The position numbers and the translations under genes are program-made. This document shows positions 27,290 through 35,583 of a stretch of 55,061 nucleotides of DNA, piece after piece. Positions within the stretch are counted from its first letter, which is position 1. Every line of letters begins with the position of its first letter. Below the pieces are notes generated by a model, which saw only the letters and a list, made by a program, of their open reading frames with translations, had not been told where the DNA came from and searched no databases. Location of the stretch: positions 1 through 55,061 of IMG/VR virus record IMGVR_UViG_3300021420_000042. One strand, 5' to 3'. The stretch is from a virus (Duplodnaviria > Caudoviricetes).

Positions 27290-27718
27290 TGTTGTGTGGT
27301 TTTTTAGTTCATCGAAAACAGGATCAGGCGACCGCCAAGCCATGCCGCGATATGCGCCGCGCGGCGCTGCCAAATCCGGGGCATGAACGTCGATCCGCTT
27401 CCGGCCCGGCACCGTGATGGCTGGGCTTACTTGACGGCTGATCCGTTTTTCGATGAACTTTGTTGGTGGCACGGCTGCCGAAACGATCAGCAGACGTGTC
27501 ACCAAAAAGCTTTTCTCAGTGGGCCATCCATCCGCAGGGCATTCCAGCCTACAACCGCGCGAGCCACGTACCGGACCATATGAGGCGAGGGAGGCCGTAT
27601 TCGGCTTCATTCCCGGACCATGTTAAGGCGCTGAGCGCCAAGGGCGGCTGCAATGAGAGAGGCATGTCCACCGCCCCACCGGGGCCGGCACGTCTTGGTC
27701 TCTCCTGCCCCACTAAGA
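27290..27718 (-). ncRNA. Candidate structured RNA of about 430 nt (5' leader of the AAA/VWA operon)
   Basis: Stems UCUUAGUGGG/CCCACUGAGA, UGCAGCCGC/GCGGUUGUA, UUGGUG.CACG/CGUG.CACCAA, AGUUCAUCGAAAA/UUUUCGAUGAACU (13 bp), GGAUCAG/CUGAUCC, CCGUCAAGU/GCUUGGCGG. Confidence 0.6.
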
Positions 27719-27723
27719 TGGGG

Positions 27724-27751
27724 AGCTTATGGTGGTCCACAAGTGTGCCAA
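27724..27751 (-). promoter_or_regulatory. Putative sigma70 promoter for the leftward operon
   Basis: TTGGCA-N16-TAAGCT; predicted start near 27717 coincides with the 5' strand of the first stem. Confidence 0.5.
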
Positions 27752-28019
27752 GGCAAAATAGTTCTGTGTGTTTTCAATTGGTTATAAGATTGTCGGTTTG
27801 GCAAGTCTGGCGAGATATGGGGCGATTTGACCAGATTGGACCGAGTTCCGGCCGGGAACCTGGTGATTTCAGGGCATAGGCCCGCAAAGGGCCAGAGAAG
27901 CCCCGTGGTAAGCCTATTTCTGAGGGGATGGCAGGTAGCGGCCAGGTCCGGCGCCGTCACGGGCGAGGCCGCGGCCAGGCCGGTTACGGCCGGGACCGCA
28001 TAAATACCCGGACCTGGTC

Positions 28020-28044
28020 GGAACCTATACGTTGGAACACGGTT
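28020..28044 (+). promoter_or_regulatory. Putative EcfG/RpoE2 (general stress response) promoter
   Basis: GGAAC-N17-GTT about 57 nt upstream of ATG 28101. Confidence 0.45.
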
Positions 28045-28100
28045 ATATCGTTGGCGCGGGGCATTCCGCCCATGCTCGCCACCACGTCAAGGAGAACGCA

Positions 28101-28292
28101 ATGTCAAGCAATCATTTCGCCCCACTGATCACCGCAGTCGAAGCGGCACCGCCGAATCAACGGACCGAAAAGCTGATCACCGGGATTGCCACGCAGATGC
28201 AGCAATCCAGCGTCTCGCAGGTACAGCAACTCGGCCAGGACCTGCAAAGCATCGTGCCGCAGTTGGTCAGGGCTTGCCAGCAGCAAGGCTGA
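28101..28292 (+). CDS. Small Gln-rich moron-like protein (63 aa)
   Basis: AAGGAG RBS; own promoter and terminator; opposite strand to neighbours. Confidence 0.7.
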   Translation: MSSNHFAPLITAVEAAPPNQRTEKLITGIATQMQQSSVSQVQQLGQDLQSIVPQLVRACQQQG

Positions 28293-28312
28293 GCGAGCAG
28301 TCGGAAACGTTG

Positions 28313-28343
28313 AACCCCCGGTGCGTCGCGCGCCGGGGGTTTT
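28313..28343. terminator. Intrinsic terminator between convergent genes
   Basis: AACCCCCGGTGCG-TCG-CGCGCCGGGGGTTTT. Confidence 0.75.
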
Positions 28344-28376
28344 GATTCAGGAGGCCACTAAGGGACGGGTATGTGC

Positions 28377-28532
28377 CTATTTTCGTTTTGAATAGTAGGC
28401 GATCACTTCGGCTGCGATTATCTTGTAGATTGGCGAATTGACAAGCGGACCATATCTCCGCTCAAGGTGCCGCACGAGCTTTCGCCATTCGGCCCGTTCC
28501 CGTTTTTCTTTGGCTGGCATTCGTTTGGTCAT
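28377..28532 (-). CDS. Small basic hypothetical protein (51 aa)
   Basis: MTKRMPAKEKRERAEWRKLVRHLERRYGP...*. Confidence 0.4.
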   Translation of the reverse strand: MTKRMPAKEKRERAEWRKLVRHLERRYGPLVNSPIYKIIAAEVIAYYSKRK

Positions 28533-28538
28533 CGGCGG

Positions 28539-28970
28539 TTAGTGCCCGTTTTCCAGTACCGTATTCGGCGCGCGAAACGTCTGCTCCATTTTGTGCCAGC
28601 CATCGCCGCGCAAATAGACCTTCGCGCGCTTCCGAAACCTGATCCAGAGCGAATATGATGATCGCTTATAGATGCGCGCAATTCGGTGCGATAGCTCGGG
28701 TCGCACCAAGCCAATGCGTCCCGGTTTCCATATCGCAACGTTTCTGATCGGTACGCCGTAGGGCGTCGTGCGGTCGCCTTCGAGTTCTTCGAGGTAGCCG
28801 CCCCACAGTATGACCCGAATGGCGTAGGCTGGATGCGTGTGAAAGCACTCGGCGTCGTCAGGACCGACCATCTTGTGCAGATCGATGTGGTAGCCGCGCC
28901 CGCAAAGCAGATGCTTGACCCAAAGCGTAGGCCGCCCGTCCATTGTGCCACGCCATTCATCCCACTGCAT
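28539..28970 (-). CDS. Cupin-fold protein
   Basis: LH....DD...FHTHP....IL.GGY.EE...HRI pattern. Confidence 0.65.
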   Translation of the reverse strand: MQWDEWRGTMDGRPTLWVKHLLCGRGYHIDLHKMVGPDDAECFHTHPAYAIRVILWGGYLEELEGDRTTPYGVPIRNVAIWKPGRIGLVRPELSHRIARIYKRSSYSLWIRFRKRAKVYLRGDGWHKMEQTFRAPNTVLENGH

Positions 28971-29002
28971 TTCAACCTTCCTGCTTTGGACGGGTATGTC
29001 GG

Positions 29003-29215
29003 CTACTTGGTGAGTTCTACAATTTTTTCCAATGCATCGCGCCAAACGACTGCGCCTTCTTCGGCTGATGTGCGCAAGCCCTTTTGCGCGACGCGGCGAA
29101 CTGCTGCGATCGCTTTATTTGCTCGATGATTTTCCATCGCAACTTCTCCACAGCGACGGAAAAGAACATCGGCAACGTCTTTTGTTGGCGCTCGTCGCAT
29201 TCTGATAGTCTCCAT
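29003..29215 (-). CDS. Hypothetical protein
   Basis: 70-aa ORF in leftward operon. Confidence 0.4.
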   Translation of the reverse strand: METIRMRRAPTKDVADVLFRRCGEVAMENHRANKAIAAVRRVAQKGLRTSAEEGAVVWRDALEKIVELTK

Positions 29216-29227
29216 GCTGTTCGGCGG

Positions 29228-29434
29228 TTAACTGGTGAGTGCCGAACGCCCGAGCGATGTTAGCTCGCGCCAGCGACCAGATGCGGACGGTCCGCCATCC
29301 CGAAAGAAACCGCGATCCGTTAAAGAGTGGATGACGATATTGCACGGCTCATTTTCCAGCATAGTCACAAAGTTGCTGCCGTGGTTGCGTTCGGCGTATT
29401 TCAACTCCCGAAGTTCGGCATCTGTTAGGTTCAT
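29228..29434 (-). CDS. Hypothetical protein (wHTH-like)
   Basis: MNLTDAELREL..SL.DRGF..ELTSLGRSAL. Confidence 0.5.
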   Translation of the reverse strand: MNLTDAELRELKYAERNHGSNFVTMLENEPCNIVIHSLTDRGFFRDGGPSASGRWRELTSLGRSALTS

Positions 29435-29459
29435 GGCGACATTCGTCCTGTCAGCGGCG

Positions 29460-29678
29460 TCACGCGTCCAGCGCGGCGCACTCGTTGCAGCAATAGACCG
29501 AGACGTGATCTGGTGGAATTGGTTTGCAGCACTCCATCCGAAAGCAATAGCGCCCCCGCGCGGCGTTGTCATGAGGCAACCAGCCTCGGCGCTGGCAGTG
29601 TCGGCAGCCGTGCCCGCCGCACGCGTCGCACTGGACCGCGCCGGCCGGCCAGGGCTTAACCTTGGGGATGTCCATCAC
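29460..29678 (-). CDS. Cys-rich Zn-finger protein
   Basis: CDACGGHGC.HC..C....C..YCCNEC. Confidence 0.6.
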   Translation of the reverse strand: MMDIPKVKPWPAGAVQCDACGGHGCRHCQRRGWLPHDNAARGRYCFRMECCKPIPPDHVSVYCCNECAALDA

Positions 29679-30130
29679 TGTATCAGTTCATCGATCCGGC
29701 GCTGTTCTTTCGCGGCAGTGACGATCTCGGCGAACGTTGGCTTGCGGCCTTTGGCCAGTTCCAGCTTTTTGTATTCCTCGACCGCCATGTCCATTTCGGC
29801 GCGTTCGGCGTTGGAAAAAAACGCCCTGTTTTCTGGTGACGGCATGAAGCCGGTTCGGACGTAGATATAGACCAGGGCCGGAGATTGGTCGCCAGCGCCG
29901 CACGCTTCCATGGCTTTTAATATTTCCGTTTCCACTTTGTCGGCGTTCATTGCGACCGGCGTGTTGCCAGGTGCGTCAGGATCGAACATGACCGGTTCGC
30001 CAGGCAAGGGGTCGCGGCCAAAGCGCTTTTTGAAACGCTTGTGACTGGCGTCCAGCGCCTTTTGTAGACGCGGGTGATCGGACCCCGGAATGATACGCCC
30101 CATGGCGTCGCGTAAGTCGATTTTGTTCAT
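29675..30130 (-). CDS. Hypothetical protein
   Basis: F.K.FGRDP.PGEPVMFDPD; ATGA-coupled to integrase. Confidence 0.7.
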   Translation of the reverse strand: MNKIDLRDAMGRIIPGSDHPRLQKALDASHKRFKKRFGRDPLPGEPVMFDPDAPGNTPVAMNADKVETEILKAMEACGAGDQSPALVYIYVRTGFMPSPENRAFFSNAERAEMDMAVEEYKKLELAKGRKPTFAEIVTAAKEQRRIDELIQ

Positions 30131-31290
30131 TGCACTATTCCTTCAATATGTGCGGCGAGCTTGTCGAGCGCCGCGCGTTTTTCGTCGGCGTATTCATATA
30201 GGTCATAAACGCCACGGACGCCACCGATAACGTGTCCGATCACGCGTTCGGCAATGTCCGGCGTAGCATAGCGCGACATGACGCTGCGCGCGGTGCGGCG
30301 CAGATCGTGTAACGTCCAGTGCGGCATTGGCCGCTTACGTCCGCGCAAGTCCGCGAGTGTCTTGTCCAGTGCCTTCTTGGCCTTGCTGTATCCGCTGAAC
30401 GGCGTCTTGCCGTCATCGCTGGAAAACAAGAAGCCACGACGATTGCCGAATAGGCGTTGTAAGGCTGACGTGATCGGAACGAGATGCGGCTTTTTGTGTT
30501 TCATGCGGGACCCTGGAATGACCCACTGGTCTCCCGCAATTTCCTCGCGATGAATGTGCGACACGTTGGTGCGGCGTTGACCGCTCAATAGCAACGCCCG
30601 GATAAAAGCGGGATAGCTGGCCGGCACCTGATCGCCAACCAGGTCGAGCGCTGCCCACAGATCGCGGATTTCTTGATCGTTCAAAAAGCGAGCGCGCTGG
30701 CGTTCGCTGGGTTTGGTCCTGGCTTTGATCATTGGCGGTCGGAAATCGTCGTCGCGATCGGCGTGCCAGCGAAACGCGGCGCGTATATAGGCCAACGCTC
30801 TGTCGGCCATCACTGGTCCGCTGTCATCGGTGATGTCATCGTGCAGGCCAGCAAGGTCGGATTTTTTCAAATCATAAATCGAGCGCTTGCCAAGTTTCGG
30901 GCGCACCAACCGATCAAAGGCGCTGGCGATAGCTGGCGCGCTCCGCAACGCACGGCCGTGGACCTCGCGTTTGATGTAGTTGTCGAGCAGCGCGTTGACG
31001 GTGTTTTCGGCAGCGGTTTCTTGCTTGGCGCGCTCTGCGATAGGGTCGCGATTGTCGGCGATTTCGCCGCTGCGCTTTTTGGCCAGGACACGCGCCTCAT
31101 CCGCCGTGATTGATCCGTGTCGGCCAAGCCGATAAGGTCTGCGCTGACCGTCGCCGTTGCGGTAGCGCAGATCATACACGACCGCGCCGCTGGCCAAGCA
31201 GCGGGCGCGAAAGCCGATGATCTCGGTATCGGCGATGGTCTGTCCAGGCTGCAAGGCGTCGATGAAACGCTTGGAAATTCGGGCTTTCAT
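30127..31290 (-). CDS. int: Tyrosine integrase with N-terminal arm-binding domain
   Basis: SGQRR, K, HDLRRT, IGH, Y catalytic residues; adjacent attP; start MKARISK at 31290. Confidence 0.96.
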   Translation of the reverse strand: MKARISKRFIDALQPGQTIADTEIIGFRARCLASGAVVYDLRYRNGDGQRRPYRLGRHGSITADEARVLAKKRSGEIADNRDPIAERAKQETAAENTVNALLDNYIKREVHGRALRSAPAIASAFDRLVRPKLGKRSIYDLKKSDLAGLHDDITDDSGPVMADRALAYIRAAFRWHADRDDDFRPPMIKARTKPSERQRARFLNDQEIRDLWAALDLVGDQVPASYPAFIRALLLSGQRRTNVSHIHREEIAGDQWVIPGSRMKHKKPHLVPITSALQRLFGNRRGFLFSSDDGKTPFSGYSKAKKALDKTLADLRGRKRPMPHWTLHDLRRTARSVMSRYATPDIAERVIGHVIGGVRGVYDLYEYADEKRAALDKLAAHIEGIVQ

Positions 31291-31298
31291 CAAACCAT

Positions 31299-31319
31299 CC
31301 GTGGTCCCGCTGTGGTCCC
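31299..31319 (+). repeat. Putative integrase arm-type sites, left of attP core
   Basis: CCGTGGTCCCGCTGTGGTCCC (tandem GTGGTCCC), identical to 31563-31583. Confidence 0.8.
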
Positions 31320-31449
31320 AGTCTGGCGGTATTCGCGAGATTTTTGGGTAACAGCAAGTAACCAGGAAGATAACCATAAAGTTCCATTTTTCAATAGCTT
31401 ACGTCAAACACCGAGCGCTCTCAGTGAGTTGTTAAAAAAGCCTTAAAGC

Positions 31450-31496
31450 GACTTTTAATCACGGGGTCGTGGGTTCGATCCCCACCGCGCTCACCA
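31450..31496 (+). other. attP core: 3' part of tRNA-Lys(UUU)
   Basis: GACTTTTAATCACGGGGTCGTGGGTTCGATCCCCACCGCGCTCACCA: anticodon loop CTTTTAA, T-arm GTGGG-TTCGATC-CCCAC, CCA end; 5' half absent; lies between xis and int. Confidence 0.92.
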
Positions 31497-31540
31497 AAAA
31501 TCAAATAAAAATCAGCTATTTACAGGAGATGTTGGGAGCG

Positions 31541-31771
31541 CTAATGCTTTTTGCCTGGCTTGCCGTGGTCCCGCTGTGGTCCCGGATTGGTGCTTTCGGA
31601 CGTGGTGCGGCGTTTGCTGGCCTCGATCCACGCGTCCAGATCGTTGGTGTCATAGAGGACCCGACCGGCCGGTTTGCTGTAGGCCGGGCCACCGCCAGTG
31701 ACGCGCAAGTTATTTAGCGTGCTGACCCCGCAGGGGATGTAGGCTGCCGCTTGGTGAACGTTCAATCGCAC
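31541..31771 (-). CDS. xis: Excisionase / HTH_17 DNA-binding protein
   Basis: LNVHQAAAYI..STL..LR..GGGPAY.K..RVLY...DLDAWI. Confidence 0.85.
   Translation of the reverse strand: MRLNVHQAAAYIPCGVSTLNNLRVTGGGPAYSKPAGRVLYDTNDLDAWIEASKRRTTSESTNPGPQRDHGKPGKKH
31563..31583 (+). repeat. Putative integrase arm-type sites, right of attP core
   Basis: Exact 21-bp direct repeat of 31299-31319, inside the 3' end of xis. Confidence 0.8.
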
Positions 31772-31789
31772 GATGCTTACTCCTACTCT

Positions 31790-32011
31790 TTACGCCGCCT
31801 TGCCCCGCGCCGCTGCCACCGCGATGGCATCGAGCCTGGCGCGGACCTCGACGTGCCGTCCGGCCTTGATCGCACCGTAAGGCGTGACGCCGCCGAACGC
31901 GGGGTTGCCGGTGAGCAGCCACGCCGACGCATCGACCGCTCCCATGATGACGACCGCCTCGTTATAGATGTCAGCCCGGTGCTGGGCGTTCTTGAAGATC
32001 AGAAACGCCAT
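31790..32011 (-). CDS. Orphan Xre/MbcA/ParS antitoxin C-terminal (DUF2384-like) domain protein
   Basis: A.AWL.T.NPAFGG.TP...I..GR..EV...LDAI. Confidence 0.7.
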   Translation of the reverse strand: MAFLIFKNAQHRADIYNEAVVIMGAVDASAWLLTGNPAFGGVTPYGAIKAGRHVEVRARLDAIAVAAARGKAA

Positions 32012-32420
32012 TCTCTCTCGCCTTCCTTCGTTCCGCATTGAGCCGGTCGCGCACCGTGATCCGGCGTAGCAGGCCAAACCGCAGGCCGGCCGTATCCTCT
32101 GGCGCCCGCGCCGACGCCTCGTTGACCGCTTCCTGGCAGTCCTCGATCGCGTTGCCGTAGGCGTAGCACAGACAGGGAACATTGTTCTTGGTCCAGGTGA
32201 TGATGTCAACGCAACGCTCGCAAGTTTTAATGGTCGTGAGATCGCCGTCCCATTTGCCGCGGACATGTTCGTATTGCTCGCCTGGCTTAATCTCACCGCC
32301 GCACTCGCCGCACTTGTGCAGCTTCCTGGCGCGGCGGATTTCACGATGGAAAAACTCTGGCGCGTCGTAGTCGCAGTAGCAAGAATCCGCCATCTCGTTC
32401 CAGGCGTCGCTGTGGGTCAT
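31971..32420 (-). CDS. Zn-finger phage protein
   Basis: ARK.HKCGEC...I.PGE.Y...GKWDG...KTC.RC. Confidence 0.75.
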   Translation of the reverse strand: MTHSDAWNEMADSCYCDYDAPEFFHREIRRARKLHKCGECGGEIKPGEQYEHVRGKWDGDLTTIKTCERCVDIITWTKNNVPCLCYAYGNAIEDCQEAVNEASARAPEDTAGLRFGLLRRITVRDRLNAERRKARENGVSDLQERPAPG

Positions 32421-32911
32421 AATTGACTGTCCAGCACTTTTGCGAACTGGTCGTCTGACAATAGTTCCGATACCGTCATTGTATCGCGGGTCGGTTGACC
32501 GTTGCGCAGGCTTGCCTCTTTGAGTCTGCGACACATACTGCCCTCTTTGTCGCGCACATCGAGTTCATACCAAGCGATGGTGCCCCATGGGACACCGTCG
32601 CTGGTGAATGTTTTGAACACCAAGCGGACGCTGCGAAGATCGTCTTTTGCGTCACTCAAATCCTTGTCGCTCACGCCGGTTGGCGGATGATCTTTTGTCA
32701 CGCGCATTTTCGGCGGTACAATTTTTTTTACATCGGCTAAGAGCGCCCGTTCGATGGCGTGTTTGTTCAAAGCGTTTCTGAGTGTGTCCTTAGCAACGCG
32801 GGTTGAAAAAATAGCGTACAGATCGCAGTTGCGATTCTCGGCCAGCTTGGCGGCAAGGTCTTTGATGATGGCGTTGTATGTGTCAATGACGATGCGTCGT
32901 TTGTCGCTCAT
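32417..32911 (-). CDS. Hypothetical protein
   Basis: 164-aa ORF with GGAG RBS. Confidence 0.65.
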   Translation of the reverse strand: MSDKRRIVIDTYNAIIKDLAAKLAENRNCDLYAIFSTRVAKDTLRNALNKHAIERALLADVKKIVPPKMRVTKDHPPTGVSDKDLSDAKDDLRSVRLVFKTFTSDGVPWGTIAWYELDVRDKEGSMCRRLKEASLRNGQPTRDTMTVSELLSDDQFAKVLDSQL

Positions 32912-33117
32912 GGTGCTACTCCAACCATCGCCGATTTTAGATCAGCGATTTCTTTTATCAAAGTTTTTATCTGTTGATTTCTTTCATGCTTATCCGGTTT
33001 AGACACACAGCCCTATATCTTGTGGTCACTCAAATCCCAGCGCAGCAAGTCGGCGGCACCAAGAGATAGAGCCAGAGATCAACGGCGAGCGACCAAATGT
33101 TTGTCCTGTGAGGTCAA

Positions 33118-33711
33118 TCATGGATACGGCTCAAGCTTGGTGTCGCCGGCTAGAAAAAGCGGATGCTTGGGTTTTTTCAGGAGCGTTTTGCCAAGGCAAA
33201 ACATCCGGCTCAGATAGCCGGCATCGATCAGCGCTTGCTTCGCTTCATCGCCGTAGTGCGCCAACGTTTTAGCCGGTGCCAGAATGCCATGACACATGAT
33301 GATTTTGTCGGCGTGGTGCGCAAAGCGCAGGATCGTTTCCATGTTGCGGTCGGAGCGCGGCGTCACGGCCAGAAGATCGTTGGGATGGGTGGCGCGATAA
33401 TCCATCACGTTGCAGATTACCGCGTGCGAGTAGCCCCATGATTTTGAAAATCCTATGATGCGCGTGACGGTCGGATCGTTGACCTCCGCGGTCGCAGTCG
33501 ATGGATTCATGCCAATCCATAACAGATAAGGCGAGGCGTGGTCGCCGGCATCCCAGAGCCGGCGCAGCCACAGCCGGTATTGTTCCTTGTCGCCGTAGTA
33601 TTCCGCGGCGCCAGTGACACCCTTGGGCAGTGCGGTCGAGACCTTGCCGCCAGGATCGTGACGCGGCGGACCTGGATCGGCAAACCAGCCTTGGTCAAGT
33701 CGGCAGTTCAT
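33118..33711 (-). CDS. DUF1643 family protein
   Basis: YRLWLRRLW..WIGMNPSTA...NDPT..RATHP..PKHPL. Confidence 0.88.
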   Translation of the reverse strand: MNCRLDQGWFADPGPPRHDPGGKVSTALPKGVTGAAEYYGDKEQYRLWLRRLWDAGDHASPYLLWIGMNPSTATAEVNDPTVTRIIGFSKSWGYSHAVICNVMDYRATHPNDLLAVTPRSDRNMETILRFAHHADKIIMCHGILAPAKTLAHYGDEAKQALIDAGYLSRMFCLGKTLLKKPKHPLFLAGDTKLEPYP

Positions 33712-33977
33712 GCCACATCCCAATTGTCTTTGGTGGCGAATTCCATCGTCAGGCCACCGGTCCGCTCCGAGATGATTTCGTTCTCGAACTCATGACGGTT
33801 TTGCAGCCGCCAGTCTTTGCCGAGTTGTTTTTTGGTTTCTGCCAGCGACGCTGCTACGGCCTTTTCGATGGCGTCTTTGGTTGGGTAAATCCCGACTGGC
33901 AATGAATAGGTAGACATGGCGCTGCGTTCGCCATCGGTCAGACGAATTTTCAATTCGATTTCAAACGGTCCGTTCAT
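33708..33977 (-). CDS. Hypothetical protein
   Basis: ATGA-coupled ORF. Confidence 0.6.
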   Translation of the reverse strand: MNGPFEIELKIRLTDGERSAMSTYSLPVGIYPTKDAIEKAVAASLAETKKQLGKDWRLQNRHEFENEIISERTGGLTMEFATKDNWDVA

Positions 33978-34174
33978 GTGTGATCGCCCCAGCCGTTGGC
34001 GCCTTCCCAGTGGGCCAGCCACAGCGTGACAAAGATCACGACCGGCAGGATGGCGAAATGAACCATGAAGCTTGCGATGGTTGGCGCGCCCATGAAGCCG
34101 GCAGTGCCCCAGATGGCGAAGCCCAGAATGGTGGATGGCTTGCGGTGCAGGTGTGGCATTGATGGTAGTGTCAT
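33974..34174 (-). CDS. Small membrane protein (2 TM)
   Basis: Two hydrophobic stretches; ATGA-coupled. Confidence 0.55.
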   Translation of the reverse strand: MTLPSMPHLHRKPSTILGFAIWGTAGFMGAPTIASFMVHFAILPVVIFVTLWLAHWEGANGWGDHT

Positions 34175-34187
34175 GGGCGCGCCTCGT

Positions 34188-34655
34188 TTATTGCGTGACT
34201 CGCTGGCGAAGCTGCACGATGGTGCCGCTTTTGAGGTGCCAAAATTGCAGCCCGGCAAGGCCGCAAATGACGATCGACAACAACATCCATGCCAGCGATG
34301 CCATCGACAATGCGCCGGTCGATGCTTTGTTGATCGCGTGCATGAAATAGGTGTTGGCGGCGGCGTAAAGGCACAGCGTGGCGCAGTACAGATATTCCAG
34401 CGAACTGACGTTCTCGAATCCGATCACGTCGTCGCCGCTTTGAACACGCTCTTGTGCGGTTGCGTGGTGTGCGGTCTGGGCGCGAAACAACTGCGAGACG
34501 GCGATGGCGGCCAGTCCGGCATCGAGGATGAACTTGTAGAGGTAGTAGTCAGACATCGCGCCTGACACCATCGAGTTGCAGACGAAATCGATCAGCGCCA
34601 TCGGTATCAGATAGATGGCGACGATTAGATTGAAGCCGAATCTGTTGAGGTGCAT
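34188..34655 (-). CDS. Membrane protein (about 4 TM)
   Basis: Four hydrophobic segments; AGGAG RBS. Confidence 0.65.
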   Translation of the reverse strand: MHLNRFGFNLIVAIYLIPMALIDFVCNSMVSGAMSDYYLYKFILDAGLAAIAVSQLFRAQTAHHATAQERVQSGDDVIGFENVSSLEYLYCATLCLYAAANTYFMHAINKASTGALSMASLAWMLLSIVICGLAGLQFWHLKSGTIVQLRQRVTQ

Positions 34656-34693
34656 GTTGGTTCTCCTACGTGTTGCCCATCACCATTTCAATT

Positions 34694-35374
34694 TCAGTGA
34701 AGCGCGATCGGCGGGTCAGACACATGCAGCGTGCGTCGTGCGCGCAGTTGTCGGCACACCGCTGCGATCTGTTCATCCCAGGTCAGCCGCAGCATGATCT
34801 GGACCAGCTTGGCGTGGTTGGCGCTCTTTGGTGTTGACATGCCGGCGCGTTGCGCCTCATCGATCAGTTCGGCTTTCCACAATAGCGACAGCGTTGCTTC
34901 CGGGATTGGCTGATCCCAGATCGCTTGGTTGCGTTCAACGATGTCGAGTTGATCTGGCAGCGGGCCATAAGGGTTGGGCGGCCGATCAACAAGACCGATG
35001 CCGACCGAGATTATATTGTGGCGGACGCATTCTGCATCCTTGATGTGCCGGTGCGGTGAGATGATCCACAATTCGGGGACCGCCATGCGGAACATGTTGA
35101 TCTGGTGAACGAGGCGCTTGGTATCGTCGCGATCGGATTTGATTTCGATGGCGATGATGTTGGCTGGTTCGATAAAGGCGATGTCGGCGCGAGCCGTGCC
35201 GCGATCAAAGACCAGTTCGTGCAGCACGCGGGCGGTTGGCCACTTGGGCCGGCCCCAGCGCTCGACCGCTTCGCGGATCATAATTTCCTGATCCGAGCGA
35301 TACACGTTTCGCCAGCCTGGTAACAGGACGGCCCGCGCCGCGGCGTCAGGTGTGGTTTCGTGGATCAGGCCCAT
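34694..35374 (-). CDS. PD-(D/E)xK nuclease-like protein (sce7726/MmcB-like)
   Basis: HEL..RADIA...AIEIKSDRD..RL..Q. Confidence 0.7.
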   Translation of the reverse strand: MGLIHETTPDAAARAVLLPGWRNVYRSDQEIMIREAVERWGRPKWPTARVLHELVFDRGTARADIAFIEPANIIAIEIKSDRDDTKRLVHQINMFRMAVPELWIISPHRHIKDAECVRHNIISVGIGLVDRPPNPYGPLPDQLDIVERNQAIWDQPIPEATLSLLWKAELIDEAQRAGMSTPKSANHAKLVQIMLRLTWDEQIAAVCRQLRARRTLHVSDPPIALH

Positions 35375-35583
35375 CACGCAGCCCTCTCGACGCGCACTGG
35401 CACGACGCGCCAGCCGGCTTTGCGCGCTCGCAACCACATTGATTTCGGCCGGTTGTCGAGGTTTGCCCCATCGCGCTCGCGGAATAATTCGCTGATCAAC
35501 ACGCGCACCGTGTCGGCGCGGAATCCGATATGGCTTGGTTGGATGTCGCCATATAATTCGCCGCAAAACATTCGGATACCCAT
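35374..35583 (-). CDS. Hypothetical protein
   Basis: TGATG-coupled ORF. Confidence 0.5.
   Translation of the reverse strand: MGIRMFCGELYGDIQPSHIGFRADTVRVLISELFRERDGANLDNRPKSMWLRARKAGWRVVPVRVERAA

Noticed and set aside
27385-27410. tmRNA 5' end (GGGCCGGAAGCGGAUCGACG)
   Set aside because: Resembles the alphaproteobacterial ssrA start, but no T-arm/CCA piece or tag reading frame was found
21058-27530. Invertible DNA segment bounded by 21-bp inverted repeats
   Set aside because: No invertase nearby, and the repeats are embedded in RNA stems with a competing local pairing; RNA-level explanation preferred, though inversion is not excluded
31420-31496. Complete tRNA-Lys gene
   Set aside because: No 5' acceptor strand or D-arm upstream of the anticodon loop; it fits an attP core
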